Part shown: positions 25,007 to 31,960 of the stretch, piece after piece
How the letters are laid out: each line of letters begins with the position of its first letter
Numbering within the stretch: the first letter of the stretch is position 1
Source of the DNA: a virus
Taxonomy: Duplodnaviria > Caudoviricetes
IMG/VR virus record: IMGVR_UViG_3300025168_000363
Location: 1 to 31,960 of that record
Strand: one strand, 5' to 3'
Length of the DNA: 31,960 nucleotides
Notes under the pieces: generated by a model
Databases searched by the model: none
The model's input: the letters and a program-made list of their open reading frames with translations, nothing else
Told to the model about the DNA's origin: nothing
Made by a program: the position numbers and the translations under genes

Positions 25007-28000
25007 ATGTTAAACCCAAGCGACGTTTATGTTCAAGGCGGAACAACTGATCTTCTAGCTTGCTGGACTGATAAAGTCACCAAGTATGACGCTAGTTCAT
25101 TTTACAACTGGGAGATGGATAATCTTCCCCTCCATGATTTAGATGAGCGAACCCATCTTTTGTGGGAACGCGCTGGGCACCCTACGTCTGCTATAACTGG
25201 GATGTCCTACATGGTCTCAGCAGAAGTTACCGAAGGTTGTAATCCGACACACTTTGCTACACTAAGTTCGTGCATGGCCGCGTTGCCAGATGTTATTAAC
25301 TACCCCATACTTGTTGAAGTTGTTAGTTTTGGAGATCTTGGTACATTAGAAATCCCAGCTAAAACATTCGGACCCAGGGGTGCTCTTGAAATTGTAAATA
25401 GGAACTCATCTTTTGCTGCGCCTATCGGTTTAAGTGGTTCTCCTATGTCGATGCAACTTCTTAACAATAAGCATGTCGGACTTGATGCCCCAAACTACGG
25501 CCTAGCTTCTGGAGTTCGTCCCTGTGGTGAGGCACAGAAGGAGATAGAGGATAACGACGTTAGTGGCCCATCTCTTTCGCTTGACCTAATGAGGTCAACC
25601 ACATTCATAAATAAAGGAGCGGATGGGGATGGTGGTTATTCTGTAGCTTCTTCGGTTGGCAAACCATGGTCTGACGAAAGGTTCCATTACGATTATAATG
25701 GTCGTTATGTTTTCACTCGAAGGGTTTATGCTGACGGTGACAATAGAATGGCTGCTGCCTTAAATAGTACAAAAGCTCCGTGGAACTCGAATACAACTGA
25801 CTTTAAGACCGTTAGTTCTTTTGAGTTTGATACGTTTGATGGGACTTTTGCAAAAAGAACCACTAACGATCCGACGATGGATACCTTTGACGTTAGTACC
25901 TTTAATTACCTAACCAACACAGAGATGTCCTGGGGCAATCATACCTCGGGAGCGGGAACGGACACTGGCATAGTAACTCAGCCAAAGAGTCAAAGTGCGG
26001 CTGCTTTTGCATACTGCAATAACTTAAGACAAATTAAAATACATGATTGTAACGGACCAATCTTTATAAGAAACTTCACGGTTGATTGCAAGCATACCCT
26101 TGATAAGGGCATCGATATCAAGAACTCTAGTGTAGTTCTAGAAAGATGTTCTGTATCAAGAGCGAACTTGGCGGGTCTCCATGTGGAAAATTCAAACGTT
26201 TCTCTTGTTCGAGGATTCGTAGCTTATCGAAATTATAAACTAATCACTCATGCCGGAGGTTCCCATAGAGTTGGAATACCTTTTGCTGAGAAGAGAGTAA
26301 ACTACTACACCGCTAGCTCCTACGGAGCAGGCATCTATGCTACTAACTCAACAGTAAACGTTAGCTCTACTTATGCAAGAGATGTCCACAGGTATTCCAC
26401 TGCCGCAGCGAGATCAGCTTACCCAGATTATACTGGGGATACCCCATGCCCGTCGATGCAGGCTCTGTACTGCTTATCTCGTAATGACATTGGTATTCAC
26501 GCGGTAAACTCTCAAATTATTGGAGGAAGGACAGAACTAGCCGGAAGCTCTACCCCATCGTGGTTAGATGCTACTCAAGTATTTTCTGAATTGAATACAG
26601 AAACGGGTATTAAGTTAGAGAATAGTAAATTTGAAAATAGTGGTAGAGTCCTCCTTTACGGAAACTACAAAGGTCTAGAAGCTACTAACTCAACAATTCG
26701 TACAGATGTTCTCAAGTGTGCTCATAACCAAGCTGAGGGTATTGATCTCAACAAATCCACTCTAGTATATGGTAAAGATCTTTATACTAACTTTACTCGC
26801 TCGGCCCCCACTAGTAACCAGTTTGATAACGATTACAGAATGGACCAAGTTGGTTTAGTAAACAATGGAACTCACTTAAAAGCAGTCAACTCAGTTGTAT
26901 CTCCTCTTGACGTAGTAACGAGTTCGATACCTACTTACTATAATCAGTTCTTTACTTCTGGGGCTTTTGGCACAACCCTTGCCGGTAGTCCAGGATTTTC
27001 TTTGAAGGGGGTATTACCTTCAATGAACATTTCTAAAAATTCTGATGTTGAACTTATTCACTTTGTAGGAAACCGTAGGACGGACTTTGCGACGGGGAAC
27101 TCAGATGACAGAGCCGTTTATGGTAGTGTAATCAGAGTTGATAAAAACTCTTCGGTTGTTACTAGAAGTTCTGATACTTTTGCTACAATCATAGCAGGCC
27201 CTAAGGGAAGAGATAATCACATTTTACATGCGGGTGTTTACTGTAACGATAATTCTTTAGTGTCGTTCCAAGGACCAACGGTTATTGCCTCTCTTGGCGT
27301 AGACGTTCTTGCAGACAATAACTCAAAGATGGAGTTTACTCCTCACCGGAATAGTGATGGTGAACTTCTTGTAAGTTCTTATAACTTAGATAGTGTCTAC
27401 AACCACACAGCGGTTGAGCTTCACTCCACTAGGGCTTGCTTAGTAGCTAATAATAACTCCGAGATCAATATGCAAGATCTTGGGGACTACAAGACTAACT
27501 TTGCTAATAAGTTTAATGGTCATGGTCGCCCCCTAACAGTCTTAGACAAGTTTGATTATCTGAACAATAAAGACGAAATATCTAATGATGCTGAATATAG
27601 AAATTGTGTAAGTGGAGGATACGTTCAATTTTATCCAAATGCTTACGTTGATAACGGGGATATCTTTGACACAGAAGGTAGAGACCTCGGTGATGGAGGT
27701 GGTGCTGGAGACAAGTGGGTTACTTTGTTTGATAAAAACAATTTCACGAAGTATGGCTCTCTAATCACCAGTGGACTATACAACTGGTATATCAAACAAT
27801 TAACTGCTACTGACACACCCGGTGTCGAGGGCATCGCAAAAGTCTCCTCTGGAGGCATGTGTGTTAGAGCACTTAAAGGCAGTAAGGTAAACGTGACAAA
27901 TGTTCACTTCCCTGCCGGATGGCAAAATACCTCAGGTTTCCTATATAACTTAAGTGGTTCCACTCCTTTCTGTACTCAGCTAAGAATGTGGAATATTGCT

Positions 28001-28768
28001 GATGATTCTGTGCTAAACGCTAGCTATACTTCTGTCAGTGGTGTGCATCCTTTCGACACTATCTATCATGGTACTTCCGGCGATTGGGGGATTTCTTCCG
28101 CACCAAGTTGTACACCAGGGACCAGTAGTCTTTCTGTGTTAGACTTCTATGGAGCGGGAAACAACAATACTGCGGGTGGTGGAGATGCAACCGCTAAACA
28201 AAATCCTTATGGGTTTGCAACCTTCCAGAATAGAGGGCCATTTAGATTATACTTCTCTACCGACCCTGCTGCTAATTGGCTACAAGCTACAAAGCTAGCT
28301 GCTGGAACTGGTAGCCCAACTCATAACCCAGACTCTTCCACGAATGGGATGGCCCGTCAGTTATTTTCTCAAGGTTATCAATTATCGGCTCCAGCCATCG
28401 CTCATAATACTGCTAACTTTGATGCTAGTACTGAATATCGATCTTTACTGAGACCTGGGAATCCTTGTCTGGGTGACAAGCCCGAACACGGTCCTGACGG
28501 TGTTCATGCATCGGGCTATTATTATGCAAACGAAATGGTAGTTAATCCTAACACAATTAAAGCATATCTTGACGAGTCAGCGTCCAACTTGTTCGCTAAT
28601 GCAAAACACAACTCTGTGGGTTGGTCCAACTTAGCCAAGGTGGTAAACATATACTTCCCTTACACAGATTATCCGTTAGGCGGGGACTCTAACCCTAACG
28701 AGACTGGGGCAGGAAAGACACAAGGATTGGCATCAGTCAATAACTTCGACTTGGAGAAGAATAACTAA
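25007..28768 (+). CDS. Tailspike / receptor-binding protein with right-handed parallel beta-helix (pectin-lyase-like)
   Basis: Repeated G-I-x-x-x-N-S rungs (GIDIKNS, GLHVENS, GIYATNS, GIHAVNS, GIKLENS, GLEATNS, GIDLNKS, GVYCNDNS), plus 'FATLSSCMAALP' at the beta-helix cap and an N-terminal anchor motif. Confidence 0.75.
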   Translation: MLNPSDVYVQGGTTDLLACWTDKVTKYDASSFYNWEMDNLPLHDLDERTHLLWERAGHPTSAITGMSYMVSAEVTEGCNPTHFATLSSCMAALPDVINYPILVEVVSFGDLGTLEIPAKTFGPRGALEIVNRNSSFAAPIGLSGSPMSMQLLNNKHVGLDAPNYGLASGVRPCGEAQKEIEDNDVSGPSLSLDLMRSTTFINKGADGDGGYSVASSVGKPWSDERFHYDYNGRYVFTRRVYADGDNRMAAALNSTKAPWNSNTTDFKTVSSFEFDTFDGTFAKRTTNDPTMDTFDVSTFNYLTNTEMSWGNHTSGAGTDTGIVTQPKSQSAAAFAYCNNLRQIKIHDCNGPIFIRNFTVDCKHTLDKGIDIKNSSVVLERCSVSRANLAGLHVENSNVSLVRGFVAYRNYKLITHAGGSHRVGIPFAEKRVNYYTASSYGAGIYATNSTVNVSSTYARDVHRYSTAAARSAYPDYTGDTPCPSMQALYCLSRNDIGIHAVNSQIIGGRTELAGSSTPSWLDATQVFSELNTETGIKLENSKFENSGRVLLYGNYKGLEATNSTIRTDVLKCAHNQAEGIDLNKSTLVYGKDLYTNFTRSAPTSNQFDNDYRMDQVGLVNNGTHLKAVNSVVSPLDVVTSSIPTYYNQFFTSGAFGTTLAGSPGFSLKGVLPSMNISKNSDVELIHFVGNRRTDFATGNSDDRAVYGSVIRVDKNSSVVTRSSDTFATIIAGPKGRDNHILHAGVYCNDNSLVSFQGPTVIASLGVDVLADNNSKMEFTPHRNSDGELLVSSYNLDSVYNHTAVELHSTRACLVANNNSEINMQDLGDYKTNFANKFNGHGRPLTVLDKFDYLNNKDEISNDAEYRNCVSGGYVQFYPNAYVDNGDIFDTEGRDLGDGGGAGDKWVTLFDKNNFTKYGSLITSGLYNWYIKQLTATDTPGVEGIAKVSSGGMCVRALKGSKVNVTNVHFPAGWQNTSGFLYNLSGSTPFCTQLRMWNIADDSVLNASYTSVSGVHPFDTIYHGTSGDWGISSAPSCTPGTSSLSVLDFYGAGNNNTAGGGDATAKQNPYGFATFQNRGPFRLYFSTDPAANWLQATKLAAGTGSPTHNPDSSTNGMARQLFSQGYQLSAPAIAHNTANFDASTEYRSLLRPGNPCLGDKPEHGPDGVHASGYYYANEMVVNPNTIKAYLDESASNLFANAKHNSVGWSNLAKVVNIYFPYTDYPLGGDSNPNETGAGKTQGLASVNNFDLEKNN

Positions 28769-31377
28769 TGACTAGCGAAATAAAATACTACGACTCAAAC
28801 TACAACTACATTTCTCCTGTAAGACATTTTAAAGCTAATGATCCTTACTACTATGAAGTTGATAACATTCCAATCAAGCAGTTAGAAGAGGGTAAAAACT
28901 TTCTTAAAGATCAGGTTGATGGTATTTTAAGGGATCGGGCTAACTTCAAAGTTTCTATTGATAGGTCTGGCTTCGCAGAACTTCAACCCTTTGTAACCGG
29001 ATCTGATCGTAAGATTAGGGTTAGAGCAGGTAGGTATACCGCTAGGGTAAATGATGCTTACTCTATCACACCTCTTCAGTTTATTACGCAAATAGCTGGT
29101 TTCTCCAATACTAACGAGTTTGGTTCTATATCGGATTTAAACACTTATGAGATTCAAACAACTGTAGGTGAAGGTGTAGCTGAGGCTTTAAGTATTTTCC
29201 AAAGTGGACTTAATGGTGTTGCACTGAATATGAATGGTCTGGCAGAGAGAACATTTACCTACCCAATTGCGAACGATAGCGCAACCACTCCCGCAGGCTC
29301 AACAGATTTTTTAAATGCTAAAACAATAGCTGACTACATTAGCAAGAGAACAAATAACACTCAAATTACGGCACCCTTGCTTCCCAACGTTATAGGTCAA
29401 ATGTACAGTGACTTAGGCGAAACTGCAATAGAGACGTATAAGACAATAAGAAATATTCTTACAGTAGGAGCTACTCCCGATGCCAGCGAGCAGAATAGGC
29501 TTGAAAGTGCTTTCATAAAAAGATGGCGAGGCGCAATTAGGACATCAATTGTAGATGTTTCGGGAGAACTCTCTGTCTCGGTCCCAGAATTCGATGATAA
29601 CGATTTTTTCTACATTGACGAAGAGGGTAACAATCAATCTATAACCGCTACTCAGAGAATTGATTTGGTATTTATTTATTCCAAAGCTATTGATCAAACT
29701 CAAACTCGCTTAGTTGATCGGGATGCCGGTAATGGTACTAGAATAATTACAAAGCCTACCCTTGGGATATTAAAGGGCGCAGGGATTGGAGTGTCTCGTG
29801 ACTCTCAACGTGGCGAGGTTGACTTGACTGATTTAGACGGTGTGCCAATTATGCTTGCTCATCCTGGTGATGAGTTAGGTACTAATACGGGCTTTGAGAC
29901 CTCCTCTGCTGGAGTTATCCGAGGATCGTTCCCATCCCCTGACGATCTCTTAAACTTAGCTCCTGTACTCTCTGAGGGCTTGGAAACTGATTCGATGCCC
30001 CTAATAGGACAGTCTATCCTCCCAGTTGCATACATTCGCGTGAATAATGCAGGAGGCACTGCCGACATCCTGGGCGACACTGATGTAATTGATATTCGAC
30101 CTTTCTTTAGAACTGCTGAATTAGCCTACAATGAGAGAGCAGGAATTGCTGCGGCAACCCCTCAACTATCCATAGCTAATCCTGTTGTAACTGAGGCTGC
30201 TCTTGAAAAAACTAGAAAGGAGGTATTTGGAACTCTTGATAGTAAAATTGATAATCTGTTTATTCCTAACGAATCTCCGTCTAGGGTTGTCGCAATGGGG
30301 ACTGTTTGTGGAGGTATGAGATATGGTCCTGAAGGAGCTTTGTTTAGACAAGCTAACGCAACCATTGATCAGGTAGAAATTCAAAACGTTAATTGGAATG
30401 AACTTGCTGATGCGGCTGAAACATTCTTTGGTTACTTACCCGGATCTATTACCTTTGAACCTGCGTGGGATCCTGCCCCTTGGGCCTTAACTAAGACTCC
30501 AAACCCAGGGCAGCGGGGTGCAGATTATATTCATGTTTGTTGGCCTATGGCAGCGGAAAGCACCAACGCCAGAAGGAACACGCTACCTCCTTGGAACCGT
30601 TCCGTCAACATGAACAACCTAGACACTCCTGGTTTAATTGCAAGCGAAGGGACTCTTAATGATGCTGGTATGCAAAGCTTTGGCATAAAGCAGCCATTTC
30701 GCGATGAAGTTAATGGTCTTCAAGGTGGTGACTTTAAGTACCGTGGTCAGAATGTGGTACTTCATTATTGCCGGAAAACCATAAAAATAAACAGAGATTT
30801 GGTCCCGTGGTTGGTTGATTATTCTGTTAATGCTGAACTGTTAAATTGTATTCCTCTTTCGGCTAAGGCTGATGGTGGTTCTAAGAGGCAAGGTCATGCT
30901 GCTGGAGCTTCTAACATTTGGATTAATAAGCAGCGAGATTACTTTACGATTAATGTTGCTTGGGTCGCTAATGACTTTAATGCGCTTGCCGACCCAAATA
31001 ACTTTGCTCCAGAAGAGGGTCAAGGTATTCCATGGGCAAATCGTAATCAACTAGAAGACTTGGCTGCATTTGCGTTACCTGAAATCCCAATTCCAGAACC
31101 GGGAAACTTCACGCAATTTAATGTCCAAACACGTAATATGCCTGGAGGTCCTCAAAGCCAAGGTAGTAATGTTATAAATCGAGTGAACTCAAATATAACT
31201 CCTGGAACTGGATTGGCTAACAAGGTAACGTCGGTCAACTTCTTTACAAATGTTACTCCTGTCCTTTACCCTTCGGTGTCTTACGAGATTATAGGACACA
31301 GTAATACCCTAGTCAGTAGAAGTCCTCGTGGGAGCGCGATGACTGGAGGTGCTACTCCTACTATAGAGCTTGCCTGA
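28768..31377 (+). CDS. Tail fibre / peripheral baseplate protein (putative)
   Basis: 869 aa. Its N-terminal anchor resembles that of the tailspike. The 'IRVRAGRY', 'QRIDLVFIY' and 'LPVAYIRV...VIDIRPF' motifs are seen in fibre-adaptor domains. Confidence 0.6.
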   Translation: MTSEIKYYDSNYNYISPVRHFKANDPYYYEVDNIPIKQLEEGKNFLKDQVDGILRDRANFKVSIDRSGFAELQPFVTGSDRKIRVRAGRYTARVNDAYSITPLQFITQIAGFSNTNEFGSISDLNTYEIQTTVGEGVAEALSIFQSGLNGVALNMNGLAERTFTYPIANDSATTPAGSTDFLNAKTIADYISKRTNNTQITAPLLPNVIGQMYSDLGETAIETYKTIRNILTVGATPDASEQNRLESAFIKRWRGAIRTSIVDVSGELSVSVPEFDDNDFFYIDEEGNNQSITATQRIDLVFIYSKAIDQTQTRLVDRDAGNGTRIITKPTLGILKGAGIGVSRDSQRGEVDLTDLDGVPIMLAHPGDELGTNTGFETSSAGVIRGSFPSPDDLLNLAPVLSEGLETDSMPLIGQSILPVAYIRVNNAGGTADILGDTDVIDIRPFFRTAELAYNERAGIAAATPQLSIANPVVTEAALEKTRKEVFGTLDSKIDNLFIPNESPSRVVAMGTVCGGMRYGPEGALFRQANATIDQVEIQNVNWNELADAAETFFGYLPGSITFEPAWDPAPWALTKTPNPGQRGADYIHVCWPMAAESTNARRNTLPPWNRSVNMNNLDTPGLIASEGTLNDAGMQSFGIKQPFRDEVNGLQGGDFKYRGQNVVLHYCRKTIKINRDLVPWLVDYSVNAELLNCIPLSAKADGGSKRQGHAAGASNIWINKQRDYFTINVAWVANDFNALADPNNFAPEEGQGIPWANRNQLEDLAAFALPEIPIPEPGNFTQFNVQTRNMPGGPQSQGSNVINRVNSNITPGTGLANKVTSVNFFTNVTPVLYPSVSYEIIGHSNTLVSRSPRGSAMTGGATPTIELA

Positions 31378-31960
31378 TGACTGAGTTTAATAGCTTACTG
31401 CAAGCATGTGGTGGGGATTTCAAACCGGGAAAAAAGCCAATTCTTGGAGGTCCATTAGACCCTATTGGCCCAGTAAACGATCCAGTTGGAGACCCACCGG
31501 GCGATCCTGTCATAGGTATTTTCATTCCCAATGACCCCGTTATAGGTGACCCGCTCTATGAATGCGTGGAGAATGATGTTTTTTGCCCTGCACCCTTTGG
31601 GAACATTGTTGAAAAAGTTATTAAGGTATGCCAGCCTTGTATTGATACTCTTGGAAACCCTGTAATATCTCTTATCACTTCCCCGGCAGGATTTGAACAG
31701 TGTAAGTATCGCACACCTGACTGTGATGACGTACCAGCGGATCCATGTGTGGACATAACTTTCGGTTGTCCTTCCCCCCCTAAGTACAAATGTGAAGAGA
31801 AGGTTATTCCCTGTCCTCCGAACACAACTTCAAACAACCCTGCTGGAAGCAACGTTCAGCAAATACTAAAGAATTGTGTCCAGTGTACGGGTGCGGCACA
31901 AAACGATCCTGATTGTATTTATGACACTCCAGATTGTGCCATGTTTGGTCAACCTGATTG
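31377..31960 (+). CDS. Cys/Pro-rich repeat protein, 3' truncated (not in ORF track)
   Basis: The ATG overlaps the previous TGA (TGATG) and the frame stays open to the window end (194 codons): MTEFNSLLQACGGDFKPGKKPILGGPLDPIGPVNDPVGDPPGDP...YECVENDVFCP...YKCEEKVIPCP..., with 15 Cys. Confidence 0.8.
   Translation, partial: MTEFNSLLQACGGDFKPGKKPILGGPLDPIGPVNDPVGDPPGDPVIGIFIPNDPVIGDPLYECVENDVFCPAPFGNIVEKVIKVCQPCIDTLGNPVISLITSPAGFEQCKYRTPDCDDVPADPCVDITFGCPSPPKYKCEEKVIPCPPNTTSNNPAGSNVQQILKNCVQCTGAAQNDPDCIYDTPDCAMFGQPD

Noticed and set aside
1466-31054. Numerous 60-105 aa ORFs nested in or antisense to long genes (for example 5932-6249, 6032-6295, 8882-9187, 13790-14062)
   Set aside because: They are contained (or almost entirely contained) in well-supported CDSs, have no recognisable motifs, and are expected by chance.
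7407-31377. Bacterial extracellular contractile injection system, tailocin or T6SS instead of a phage
   Set aside because: The adjacent UvsW helicase, primase, T4-type late promoter boxes and T4-like gp6/gp26 point to a replicating phage, and no host housekeeping genes are present.
25007-31377. Diversity-generating retroelement or invertible segment acting on the fibre genes
   Set aside because: No reverse transcriptase, invertase or near-identical template/variable repeat pair was seen. A self-alignment would be needed to exclude subtle repeats.
31556-31852. 98-aa minus-strand ORF
   Set aside because: It is the antisense shadow of the coupled + strand Cys-rich repeat gene.
1-31960. Alternative genetic code (stop codon reassignment)
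   Set aside because: Long ORFs tile the window under the standard code, and TAA, TAG and TGA all end plausible genes.

Overview
The window is a gene-dense, AT-rich segment of a large, divergent contractile-tailed (T4-like/myovirus-type) bacteriophage genome, read in the standard genetic code. From 7.4 kb to the end it is one + strand, mostly stop/start-coupled tail and baseplate operon. The inferred order is tape measure, tube initiator, gp53/LysM-like, hub, gp5-like spike, LamG protein, gp25, gp6, P2-gpI/gp7-like wedge, two paralogous adaptors, a beta-helix tailspike, a second fibre/adaptor and a truncated Cys-rich repeat protein. The first 7.4 kb mixes structural genes with DNA-metabolism genes on alternating strands: a UvsW-like helicase, a TOPRIM primase and a Cas4/AddB-like Fe-S nuclease. 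The most notable signal is a probable programmed -1 frameshift at GGT-TTT-TTT-TC (3471-3481). It would join the gp26-like hub-assembly gene to an unannotated gp51-like frame that lacks an upstream start codon, a lambda G/GT-style arrangement. Also notable are divergent primase and nuclease genes whose start codons overlap in one CATG, promoter boxes placed for leaderless transcripts, and a tandem 8-Cys repeat protein missed by the ORF track. All product calls come from motif recognition and gene order by eye; no database searches were run.
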